A DNA stretch of 40,000 bases from Geofilum sp. OHC36d9 (GCA_052400685.1 JBQTGJ010000020.1), one strand, 5' to 3'; shown: positions 24,946 to 33,894, counted from the first letter of the stretch. Numbers and translations are program-made. Notes: generated from the sequence alone by a model not told the origin.

Positions 24946-26439
24946 TTAAACTTGTTTTAAAAGGTTGTTTTTACTTAATACATTTTCAGTTGATTTACCG
25001 AAAACCTTAATAAGTGTTGTGTGTCTTTTCTCAGGAGTGGATCTAAAGCCTATTTCAGTAATCAACTTACAGTTTTCAACATCAATAGATTTAAAACTTT
25101 TATTTCCTTTTCCTTCATCACCTTTTACTAAGTTCAAAGCATCATCCCAGTTTACTTTATTATATGGACTAAAAGCGGGTTTATTATCTTCCATTTCATT
25201 TAGCCATTCAATAAAATGCTTATTAAAAGCATCAATCTGAATTTTATATTCCGAACTATTAAAATATTGTTTGTCTAAAAATGAATTCTCGGACTTTTTA
25301 ACCAGCTTAATATTGCTTTTTGTCCACCTTGAAACATTAATAGCTTTTGGCAAACCAATATTCAGGTATTCGGAGAACAGTTTATATTTGGTCAATGGTT
25401 TAGCAATATTTTTTTGATTATTTAGGTTCAAATCCCCAAAAACGATTGATTCTGTGTCATTTTCAATTCCAAACTCTTTTACCTGAGTTTCATTACTGGT
25501 CTTATCAATATTTTCACAAAAGTCAAAAATTGCTAATGCACCTGCCATTTCTAAAAAGTGAGCATTATTCTTTTGCTCCTTTCCTCCAACAGCATATTCA
25601 AAGTGTTTAGCATTTCCTCTATTTCCAATAAAATAAAGAGAATTAATTTTATTCTGCTTAATAATTGTTCTGTTGTAATAATCGATGGCAATTTTGGCCT
25701 TATCCTCAAATGAATCGGAGTTAATTTCATCTTTTTTGTTTAGTGCAAAATAAGGTAGATAGGTTATGCCTCCAATTGGCGCTTCCTTAATTTTTGCACT
25801 GTTAGGCAAATCGGAATTTCCTCTTAAATTTTTTAATAGTAAAGGGAATCCTGCCGCACCTGTACCACCAAATATTGAGTTAATAATAAAAACGGCATCA
25901 TCGTCATTAAATGTTTGTCCAAATCGTTTAAAGTCATCCGAATCGGTAAATTGGTTTAAAACAATGGCGCCCATATTGGGATTTCCTTTAAAGCCAACAT
26001 TCAAATTGGAGTTCAAATTTTTGTCAGAATATAAAAGCCTGGTAAAATTTTTATCGTCTTTTGAATTTTTGTAATCATCATCAAGTGTATTAAAACCAAT
26101 GTACTGTCCAAATGTACTTTGATCAACATCATTTAAACTGAACTGAAAATAATCTGAATTAACTACCGATGATTTATTTGCTAACTCATTAACAGTTTTT
26201 ATTTCCTGAGAAAAGAAATCATCGGGTTGGTCGACTTGGTTTCTTATTTGTTGATATAACTTTAAAATATCTTTGGTTCTGTTCAGATCACCATTGCTTG
26301 TATCAGGGTCAATAATAATTGGAATAACCGTATCAAAATCATTTTTAAATTTGCATCCAGAAGCTAATAACATTGTTAATGCCTTTAAAACTCGAGAACC
26401 TGTCCCTCCAATTCCGAATATGTATATTTTTTTTGCCAT
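24946..26439 (-). CDS. Divergent tubulin/FtsZ-superfamily GTPase-like protein
   Basis: N-terminal KKIYIFGIGGTGSRVLKAL (nt 26395-26415 encode GIGGTGS; compare FtsZ GVGGGGxNA). IIIDPDTSNGDL (compare NTD). T4-like FIINSIFGGTGAAGFPLLL (nt 25849-25872; compare GGGTGTGAAP). No T7 NxDxxD loop found by eye. Confidence 0.6.
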   Translation of the reverse strand: MAKKIYIFGIGGTGSRVLKALTMLLASGCKFKNDFDTVIPIIIDPDTSNGDLNRTKDILKLYQQIRNQVDQPDDFFSQEIKTVNELANKSSVVNSDYFQFSLNDVDQSTFGQYIGFNTLDDDYKNSKDDKNFTRLLYSDKNLNSNLNVGFKGNPNMGAIVLNQFTDSDDFKRFGQTFNDDDAVFIINSIFGGTGAAGFPLLLKNLRGNSDLPNSAKIKEAPIGGITYLPYFALNKKDEINSDSFEDKAKIAIDYYNRTIIKQNKINSLYFIGNRGNAKHFEYAVGGKEQKNNAHFLEMAGALAIFDFCENIDKTSNETQVKEFGIENDTESIVFGDLNLNNQKNIAKPLTKYKLFSEYLNIGLPKAINVSRWTKSNIKLVKKSENSFLDKQYFNSSEYKIQIDAFNKHFIEWLNEMEDNKPAFSPYNKVNWDDALNLVKGDEGKGNKSFKSIDVENCKLITEIGFRSTPEKRHTTLIKVFGKSTENVLSKNNLLKQV

Positions 26440-26449
26440 TGTGTTTTAT

Positions 26450-26899
26450 TTAAAAAGGTAAGTGAATTTGGATTTTGCTGAATTGCTTTAATATTAAGCT
26501 ATAAATAAAACCAACAACAATGCCGAGCAAACCATTGAATAAAGCATATTCAAATGGTAATGTTTTGGCAAATTCTTCATAACCTGATTCAGGATATGCT
26601 AATGCATCAATCAGATCCTGGTTGTTTGATAAGAATATTTCATTATTCGAAATACCCCAAGAAATGCCTCCAGTTAACAGGGATGCAATAATTAACCATA
26701 AAAACCAATGCCGGAATTTCCCATAAGGAGATTTCCATAAATAATAGAAAGCAGCGAACAATATTAATGGAACGAGTACAAAAGTCAAGCCTAGTAGAGT
26801 ATAGCCCCCGGAATCATATAAAGTGTTAAAAATCAACCCAAATTGAGGGTCGTACAGGTTAAACAAAGACTCATAAATAGTTGCGAAAAGGTCATTCAT
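26450..26899 (-). CDS. Small membrane protein (about 3 TM)
   Basis: Hydrophobic segments GYTLLGLTFVLVPLILFAAFYYLW, WFLWLIIASLLTGGISW and LFNGLLGIVVGFIYSLIL. Confidence 0.55.
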   Translation of the reverse strand: MNDLFATIYESLFNLYDPQFGLIFNTLYDSGGYTLLGLTFVLVPLILFAAFYYLWKSPYGKFRHWFLWLIIASLLTGGISWGISNNEIFLSNNQDLIDALAYPESGYEEFAKTLPFEYALFNGLLGIVVGFIYSLILKQFSKIQIHLPF

Positions 26900-26905
26900 A
26901 ATACT

Positions 26906-28198
26906 TTATTTAATAAGTTCAAACTTAAAGGTGACAATGTTAGATTCTTGGTTTTTATATTGATAAGCTTCACTAATTGCATTAATTAGGAACTTAAAAC
27001 CGAAAGTATGAGAGGTGTCTCCGACAATATCACTTTCATCATCACTGTTTGTTTCCACAATCCAATTTGGAATCGTGTTTTTTAAAGAAATTTCGAGTTG
27101 ACATAATGGACTTCTCTCTGTCCCAACCGTGATTAGATGAGTCGGGGTGAAGTTTAAACCAAAAAGTTTTATATCACCTATTTCAGAAACAGCTTTAATT
27201 GAGAAATTTGAATTATCACATATATAATTATCAACTGATGTGAGATAGGAATCTGAAAATGGCAACGCAGAATAATCTGTTGCTAATGTAAAATGGAAAC
27301 CTTGTCCCTTTCTATCTGATTTTACGCTAACCAATTTATTTCTATCTCTTTTGTCAAATCTAAAATCACCGACTTTGTTATGTGCAACGGCCTGATACGG
27401 AACCTCCAATTCACTGTTTTTTAAGAATCTAGCGACATCAGAAAAGCCTTTAAGGCTTTTAATATAATCATCGTTGAAATATTCATTTAACAATTCGGTT
27501 TCACCAAAAATCCAAACATAAAAAGGTCTGTCTTGCGATAATATTTTGACACCACCTGTAACAGGGAAATATTTTCCATCAAAATGAGATTTCAACTTTA
27601 TGATAATTGTTTGTAAATCACCTGTATTTAATCTTTCAATAAAACGGCTTCTTGTTTCACGTCCTTCTGTTGATAGCGCATTCATTGGCGCTTGAGGTTT
27701 ACCAATATCGTAAATAGCATCTGAAATTAGAATTGAAACAGTATCGTTTTTTGCGCGAGATAGAGCTAATTGAAACATTAAGTTGAGATTACTTTTAGTA
27801 ACGTCACCACAATTAAAACCTGTCAAATTTAATTTGTCTTTCAGGTAAGCCGGATTATTTCCAATATTTGTAATTTTTATTTTTTGCCCACCATTAACAA
27901 AATAAAATTCCCGTTTTGTATTTTCTTCCGCAAAACGAGGTTTTTCTGCTAATTCTGAAACAACGTCAACATATTCAGTAAAACCATTAACGTATCCAAA
28001 CATACTTCCTGAATTTTCTAAATAAAATACTGCTTTCTCCACATTCCTTTCCATAGAAGCGTTGGACGCATTTTTAACAAAACCTATTTGGTTTTCTGTT
28101 TGTTTTTTGGTTTCAGAATTACTTAATCTTTCACTTCTATTTTTACAGCTTGAAGTAAAAATCAAAAGAATAAGAATCAGGTAAAAGTAGAATCTCAT
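26906..28198 (-). CDS. Lipoprotein with von Willebrand A-like domain (degenerate MIDAS)
   Basis: Lipobox LLIFTSSC. AVFYLENSGSMFGY (compare DxSGS with E for D), GDVTKSNLNLMFQLAL (MIDAS Thr position), VSILISDAIYD (compare TDG). The first gene of the operon. Confidence 0.45.
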   Translation of the reverse strand: MRFYFYLILILLIFTSSCKNRSERLSNSETKKQTENQIGFVKNASNASMERNVEKAVFYLENSGSMFGYVNGFTEYVDVVSELAEKPRFAEENTKREFYFVNGGQKIKITNIGNNPAYLKDKLNLTGFNCGDVTKSNLNLMFQLALSRAKNDTVSILISDAIYDIGKPQAPMNALSTEGRETRSRFIERLNTGDLQTIIIKLKSHFDGKYFPVTGGVKILSQDRPFYVWIFGETELLNEYFNDDYIKSLKGFSDVARFLKNSELEVPYQAVAHNKVGDFRFDKRDRNKLVSVKSDRKGQGFHFTLATDYSALPFSDSYLTSVDNYICDNSNFSIKAVSEIGDIKLFGLNFTPTHLITVGTERSPLCQLEISLKNTIPNWIVETNSDDESDIVGDTSHTFGFKFLINAISEAYQYKNQESNIVTFKFELIK

Positions 28199-28849
28199 AA
28201 TTGAAATATCTTAATGTTAAATCTTTGATCAAATGGTGAAAATCCCTTGCCTTAATCGGTGCAGGCATTCTACATCTTTTGAAAAATTTGGTTTATGGGG
28301 TTAGAGTATGGCATGTGTGCTGTCTTCTTCAGCTGTCCAAAAAGGTATCTGCAGCCGGGCAAAAACTAATTTTTCTTGCACCAAGCTTCAACCAAAGAGC
28401 CATTTTGGTCCGTATTTTTAATAATTAAATTCGGGTTTCAAGTTTAATATCTCTCTTTTTTACTTTTAGTTATAAAATGTACATAACGTTATTATTGTAT
28501 GTTAACTAAAAGCCCTATTGTATTTATATTGTATTCCGGTTGTTTCCAAAAAAGAGGTACAAATTTACTAAAATGAAATATTTTGAGAAAAGTCAAACGA
28601 AAAAAAAATTGAACAAAAACTATAAATGTTTAAATAAGTATCTCAATCTCTTAATTTTACAAATATTCAAAAACGGCTATGGGGGGCTTTACTCGCTTAA
28701 TCCTTTTTCGGATGGCACAAATTTTGAATTTGAGGGTTTATGGCTAAAGCCCTCCGCGCCGGTGTGGAAAGCAGACAGTATATTATAGCTGTCACCCATT
28801 ACAAATCTACGCCGGCGGAAGGAATAAACAATGCCTTACGCGTTATTCT

Positions 28850-29395
28850 ATCAGTTGCGAGTTGAAATCGGGCTGATCTTGCTTTGAGGCTGGGGCCCTT
28901 TCAGGGCGATAAAACAACGGGTGATCATACCACAAGGCGATGCCCTGGGCTAACGCTACAAGGCTTTCAGCCTTGATGGGGGCTTGCAAGGAAAGGACAA
29001 CCTCTGCGTTTGCTTACTTTTAAATCGGATATCTACGGGTGGCAACTCACTTTTGCCGGACTTCACAGGCCTTGAATTTGAGCTTTATATTTTAAACACT
29101 TGGTTGATGGACAGACTCTATTTAGTGTTTGTCTATAAAGTCAACTTCTGCGTTATGCTTGTCATAAAAACAGTCATTTACGAAAAGTAAACTCCTTGAT
29201 TTTTATGACTTCACAGGCCTTGAATTTGAGCTTTATATTTTAAACACTTGGTTGATGGACAGGCTCTATTTACATGAGCGGCCTTTTCAATGCGAAATTT
29301 CTGATTCGGGATGGGATTCCAGGGCGTTGCCGTTGGGCTGAAGTTATTTGCACTTTAAGTGCGGTGAGTGGCAAAAGTATGATTTTACGAATGTA
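28850..29395 (+). repeat. Mosaic repeat cluster X+M1+M1+M2 (copy R, right flank of the AT-rich operon)
   Basis: 28888-28978 matches 1364-1455 (X). 29029-29125 and 29207-29392 match 15638-15853. M1 is tandemly duplicated (the GACTTCACAGGCCTTGAATTTGAGCTTTATATTTTAAACACTTGGTTGATGGACAG block occurs twice). Confidence 0.75.
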
Positions 29396-30395
29396 AAAAG
29401 AGTCTGCTTCTAAAGTGGAGCTTCTGCGTTGAACTGACTTTTTTGTGATATCGGATTTTATTTTCTTCAATTACAATTGTGACGGTATTACAATGGCTTG
29501 GATACGTCACCGTAAAAGCTTGCAAGTCGATCAAATGAATGTGAGCCTGCTTGTTGTGGTAGAAACCACTGCATTCAATTATTCCTAAAGGCGAATAGCG
29601 CGTTACTTTAAGCAGCGACTTAACCGTTTCGATATGAAACCAGGAACCGGCTCCTTCACCTGCCAGCCATTGTGCATTTTCAGGTATGGAGGAATGTTTT
29701 TCGGGCTGTGGTAATGTCGATTTCAAAAACTCTCTATGAGGTTTTAGAGACGGACAAACGGGTTGTATACCACTCAGGTTTTCAATAACCGTTTGATTTC
29801 CGAAGGCATGTACATTGTTCATCGGCGTTGGTGTGAGCGGGACCATGAAATTCAACCGGAAAAGCTGTTTAAAATTGAGTTTCCCTGCCCTCAACACCGA
29901 ATTTACAAAACGGGAACAGTTGCTCCCCCTGTATCGGAAAGGGCCATAAGGAATAGGACTTTTAGCCTGTAATTGCAACGCTTTGGCATAAGCCTTTTTA
30001 AAATTGATTGGGGCATACGAGGCATGTAATTTCCCTTCGCCATGGCATGCCGGGTTTTGTTGAAGTTCAATCAATATCTCGTTGAAATTCAACAGCATTT
30101 TGCCATTCGTGGATATCCATGGTAAAGTGTGTACGGTTAAATCGGGGTCGGTAATTGCCCCACGTGCCCTTCCGTGCTGAAAGGGTGAATGATACCGCCC
30201 AAAATCGAAATAAAAACATTTTTTATGTTGACTGTCGACCAATACCAGAGCGGCATGTCCGGCCTGGTAATAATTATTTTTGCTGATACCTATACCTGAA
30301 GTGATCCATTCGTACCAGCCCCCAGCCTGTTTACAGTATGTTTCGGGCCAGGCAATGGCGATGGCAAATCCTGTTTGTTTATTATTCGTGGTCAT
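29385..30395 (-). CDS. Conserved hypothetical protein (336 aa)
   Basis: Long ORF with an ATGA overlap to the NRDE gene. Its last ~15 codons and its stop lie inside the repeat, so the native C-terminus may differ. Confidence 0.65.
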   Translation of the reverse strand: MTTNNKQTGFAIAIAWPETYCKQAGGWYEWITSGIGISKNNYYQAGHAALVLVDSQHKKCFYFDFGRYHSPFQHGRARGAITDPDLTVHTLPWISTNGKMLLNFNEILIELQQNPACHGEGKLHASYAPINFKKAYAKALQLQAKSPIPYGPFRYRGSNCSRFVNSVLRAGKLNFKQLFRLNFMVPLTPTPMNNVHAFGNQTVIENLSGIQPVCPSLKPHREFLKSTLPQPEKHSSIPENAQWLAGEGAGSWFHIETVKSLLKVTRYSPLGIIECSGFYHNKQAHIHLIDLQAFTVTYPSHCNTVTIVIEENKIRYHKKVSSTQKLHFRSRLFLHS

Positions 30396-31111
30396 AGCTG
30401 AATCGTATGGTTGGTGTTTTTGATTAAATCGTAATAACTCATTTCCAACTTACTGCCTTCATGAATTATTTGCGTGGTGCTAACTGTTTTTAATTCCCCC
30501 TCGCGCATCATGATCACATTAACCGTGCTATCGTTGGTGTGTTTACCGGAATGAAACTGAAGCAAACCAGAAGCCGTGGGGTGCATTTTGCTCTCTTTCA
30601 GAAACTGATTGAACCAAACTTTGCGCTCCTTTCGGTTGGCAGCGGAATACAATGTTACCGACGACCAAATGTAAGAGTGCCTGGTGTCAAGTTGCCTATT
30701 GTGTTTGTCATTCCCATCCCAAATCAATTCGCTGAAGGAGGTCATTTCATTGCCATCAAAATCGATAGTCAACAAGGTGAATGGTTCGGTATGTGCAAGC
30801 GCTTCAGCAGTGAGAAACTGATCGGGATTTAACCCGGACCCGGCGGCATCAATTAATACTTTGCCCCTGCTGTGGGTGTGAAATGCTTGTTTGGTATGAG
30901 GTACGAAAGCGCCGTTGAGCAAACAAACCACACGTCCTTTATTGCTCATGGCAATCCACGAACCGCCGGCCACCGCATCTTTGGGATAGCAAAGAATGAC
31001 ATCGTCCCGGCGGTATTTGTGAGGGATAATGGTTTCACGAAAAGCCTTCTCGTCGCGGTTCGAGGTAAGAACAAACCCCTGGGGTTGCGGTATGTATGTT
31101 ACTGTGCACAT
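30392..31111 (-). CDS. NRDE-family protein
   Basis: MCTVTYIPQPQGFVLTSNRDEK... with the eponymous NRDE motif and an N-terminal Cys2. Confidence 0.85.
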   Translation of the reverse strand: MCTVTYIPQPQGFVLTSNRDEKAFRETIIPHKYRRDDVILCYPKDAVAGGSWIAMSNKGRVVCLLNGAFVPHTKQAFHTHSRGKVLIDAAGSGLNPDQFLTAEALAHTEPFTLLTIDFDGNEMTSFSELIWDGNDKHNRQLDTRHSYIWSSVTLYSAANRKERKVWFNQFLKESKMHPTASGLLQFHSGKHTNDSTVNVIMMREGELKTVSTTQIIHEGSKLEMSYYDLIKNTNHTIQL

Positions 31112-31605
31112 GAGTTGTTGCGGTAACGAATGGTTGAATAGGCCACGCCAAATTGTTCATCGACCAGTTGTATCCGGCCGGTGGCAATCAACCCGATTTT
31201 AATGATGGCCTGATGATGAATGCTGTGTTCTATGCAATAGGCCAATTCACGTCCAACCGATGTAAAAATCCGGTTATCCATGATTTCATCGGTTGAGGCC
31301 TCGACTTCCATCAATATCCGGCTATTCAAATCGAGTGTATTTATACCCGCAATAATCCGGTTAATGGTTTCAATGGCGAAATGGGTGTTTTGAGCTATGC
31401 GGCCATCACGTTCACGGCGGTCGTAACTGATTACCCCGGTAAACGAACCCGAAACCAACAACAGATAAAACTCCAGAATATGGCGGTAATGCTCACCAAT
31501 TGAGGCTCCGGACAGCACTTCGGGACGCGCCGAATAATCATCGCTGTTCAATTTTTCTAACAAAATGCGCAATTGGTTAAGGTTGTGTTTGGCCGTTTCT
31601 ATCAT
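31099..31605 (-). CDS. DinB/YfiT-like four-helix-bundle (DinB_2) family protein
   Basis: SIGEHYRHILEFY...YCIEHSIHHQAIIKIGL: His-rich helix pattern of the DinB superfamily. Confidence 0.65.
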   Translation of the reverse strand: MIETAKHNLNQLRILLEKLNSDDYSARPEVLSGASIGEHYRHILEFYLLLVSGSFTGVISYDRRERDGRIAQNTHFAIETINRIIAGINTLDLNSRILMEVEASTDEIMDNRIFTSVGRELAYCIEHSIHHQAIIKIGLIATGRIQLVDEQFGVAYSTIRYRNNSCAQ

Positions 31606-31611
31606 GGCTAA

Positions 31612-32199
31612 CTATTTAACAGCGTGTAACTTTTTAAAAGGATTCTCAATTCCGGCGAATCCTAACAATTCATTGTAATCAACATGATCGTCGAGATGCT
31701 TACCGTAATGAGCTTTCACAATTTTAAAATTTTCGTCGATAAAGAAATCGGCAGGTAAAAGGGACATGCTGGCATCTTTATCCTTTTCGGCGGGTAAGCC
31801 TAATTCTTTGGCTTCGCGATTGGCTGTTTTCATATCGGCTGAAAGCATGGTACGAACAACGCCCATCATGGATGTTCCCACCCCGTATTGGTCGTAAATT
31901 TCCTTCTTCGGATCGCCAATCAAGGGCCACGGACTAATTCCACGGTGAAAAGCACTTTTCTTCAACGTTTCGGCCGGGCTTTCGAACAAAAACAACAACT
32001 GAACATCCTTCTGTTTAAAACTGATATTGTTCAGCATAATTTGGTGCACCCGCCGGTTACAAAACGGACAATTTACGTTGCGAAAAAAGCCTATTGCGAT
32101 TTTCTTTCCTTTGAAATCGGACAGACGTACTTGTTTTCCATAAATATCGACCGCTTTGAAATCGGGGGCTGTTTGACCTGCTTGAATCTTCATAATCAT
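31612..32199 (-). CDS. Peroxiredoxin-like / AhpC-TSA redoxin family protein
   Basis: GQTAPDFKAVDIYGKQVRLSDFKGKKIAIGFFRNVNCPFCNRRV (thioredoxin fold with CPxC). Confidence 0.8.
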   Translation of the reverse strand: MIMKIQAGQTAPDFKAVDIYGKQVRLSDFKGKKIAIGFFRNVNCPFCNRRVHQIMLNNISFKQKDVQLLFLFESPAETLKKSAFHRGISPWPLIGDPKKEIYDQYGVGTSMMGVVRTMLSADMKTANREAKELGLPAEKDKDASMSLLPADFFIDENFKIVKAHYGKHLDDHVDYNELLGFAGIENPFKKLHAVK

Positions 32200-32288
32200 C
32201 TATTTTTAAGAGCTATTTTATCTATTTTAAAAGAATAGACGGAGAAAGTTTAATTCCTGACAAGGAAGAAAACGTCCCCTAAATTCCA

Positions 32289-32729
32289 CTACTTGTAAAA
32301 AAAGCCGTAAACAAAAGGATAAATTTTACAAGCCACACAAAAGCCGAACGCTGCCTCCAGAAATGAAAAGAGGCCAAGCACTCCGGCAACGGCCAAAGCC
32401 AAAGTGTTTAATCCAAATAATGTTGCCACCAAAACCACACTGGTAAGGAGCAGACCTATGCGGGCTGCAAATATTTTAGGACCGGCGTTGATCAATTGTA
32501 CCTCTACCGGCAGCAACTTCACAATTTGTTTTGATGTGATACCCACCAGACTATATTGTGCCAAGCTGGAGCCTCTTAACAGAAAGTCGATAACCATAAA
32601 CGCCATAAACCATAAAGAACCGGTATAAGCAAAAACGATTAGGAAAAGAACCGTAAATGCGGCGTTGATCCTGGCCACTTGTTCGTTTATTTTTCGTTCG
32701 GATATGGGGCAAAATGCGTATGTCTTCAT
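32289..32729 (-). CDS. DUF4395-type membrane protein
   Basis: FCPISERKINEQVARINAAFTVLF... with four hydrophobic helices and C-terminal FGFCVACKIY. Confidence 0.65.
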   Translation of the reverse strand: MKTYAFCPISERKINEQVARINAAFTVLFLIVFAYTGSLWFMAFMVIDFLLRGSSLAQYSLVGITSKQIVKLLPVEVQLINAGPKIFAARIGLLLTSVVLVATLFGLNTLALAVAGVLGLFSFLEAAFGFCVACKIYPFVYGFFYK

Positions 32730-32819
32730 ATTTCAATTTTATTTGTTTGGGGAATAGACGTGCCACTTTGTCGAACCTGACAAAAAAATATTCTTTTAAT
32801 TTTTAATGGGCTGTGAGCT

Positions 32820-33254
32820 CTATTTCACCGATTGCCCCAGATCTAAAAATTGCTCAGGAGTATGGTAACCCATGGACTTTTTCACCACTTTGCCATCGCC
32901 ATTAATGAATAGTAAAGTTGGATAAGCCGTGACCTGATAATCACGTGCTAAAGAAATCCCCTCCCCTTTTTCACCGTCGAGGGCTACATTTATAAAACGA
33001 TTGTTGTATAAACTGCCAACTTCTGCATTCGTAAAGGTGTTTGCCTTCAGCATTTTGCAAGGAGGACACCAGCTGGCCGAGATATCGAGAAAAATTAGTT
33101 TGTTTTCTTTTTTTGCCAATTCAAGCGCCTCGTTCCAAGTCCCCTGATGAAAATTGATGCCTTTGGCTTCTTCTTTCCCGGCGGCACTCATCTGAAGCGA
33201 GACCGCAAAAATAAAGATGAAAAGCCCTGATGCTATTTTTTTCAACTTGTTCAT
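32820..33254 (-). CDS. Secreted thioredoxin-fold protein (WCPPC)
   Basis: Start moved to MNKLKKIASGLFIFIFAVSLQMSAA (signal peptide). IFLDISASWCPPCKMLK. Confidence 0.8.
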   Translation of the reverse strand: MNKLKKIASGLFIFIFAVSLQMSAAGKEEAKGINFHQGTWNEALELAKKENKLIFLDISASWCPPCKMLKANTFTNAEVGSLYNNRFINVALDGEKGEGISLARDYQVTAYPTLLFINGDGKVVKKSMGYHTPEQFLDLGQSVK

Positions 33255-33285
33255 TGTATTCTGATCTTTTAGATTAGTAAACTTT

Positions 33286-33858
33286 CTATTGTTGATATTC
33301 GGAATGAACAGTAACTTCAACGGTCCTGGCAATATTCGATGCAGGTTTGCCACCAACGAAGGTGATTCCATAATCGGCCAATGTAATGTTGAATTTACCT
33401 GATACACTTACCGTGTTGCCTTTGACCGTGATAGTAGCAGATTCATTTATCGGATTTGTTTTCCCTTTAATGGTCAGGTCGCCTGTTACTTTTGCCTGAT
33501 AGATGCCATCTTTTGAGAAGTCAATTTCTGTAATATTGGTGATTTTTCCTTTTAGCTTTGCCGTTGGAAATGCTTTGGTGTCAAGAAACTTACCGCTATT
33601 GAAATGCTTTTGCATCAACGCCTTTTCAAATTCGAAACTTTGCATGGGCACTGAAAAAATGCTCTCGCCGGTTGCTGTGCTTAAGGTACTCACCGAAGCG
33701 AAATTGTTGGCTTCAATGTTTTCGGCCGGTGTGGTCGAAAAGAATCTGATATGCGTTTTGGTCGATTTCAGTTTTGCAGTCGCCTGTGCAAACGTAGTTG
33801 TGACCGCACTAAGGAGTATAATACTCAGTATTAAGCTAATTCGTTTCATGATATTCAT
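33286..33858 (-). CDS. YceI-family periplasmic protein
   Basis: Signal peptide MKRISLILSIILLSAVTTTFAQ. THIRFFSTTPAENIEANN...GDLTIKGKTNPI pattern of YceI-like lipid-binding beta-barrels. Start may be at 33849. Confidence 0.8.
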   Translation of the reverse strand: MNIMKRISLILSIILLSAVTTTFAQATAKLKSTKTHIRFFSTTPAENIEANNFASVSTLSTATGESIFSVPMQSFEFEKALMQKHFNSGKFLDTKAFPTAKLKGKITNITEIDFSKDGIYQAKVTGDLTIKGKTNPINESATITVKGNTVSVSGKFNITLADYGITFVGGKPASNIARTVEVTVHSEYQQ

Positions 33859-33894
33859 TTTTAAATGGTTATTACTTTAATCTGTTTTCAAGTT

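Noticed and set aside
25600-25750. INSDSFED in the tubulin-like protein as a possible T7 (NxDxxD) loop
   Set aside because: The spacing is wrong (NxDxxxD), and it lies only about 40 residues after the T4-like loop instead of about 100. Not accepted as T7.
28540-28788. Lys-rich 82-aa ORF, and a TAAATTTG (-7-like) box on the minus strand at 28560-28567 as promoter of the ten-gene operon
   Set aside because: The ORF is AT-rich intergenic sequence with no supporting features. The candidate -7 box has its nearest TTTG about 26 nt away instead of 19-21, and it would imply a ~355-nt leader. The operon promoter is therefore left unassigned.
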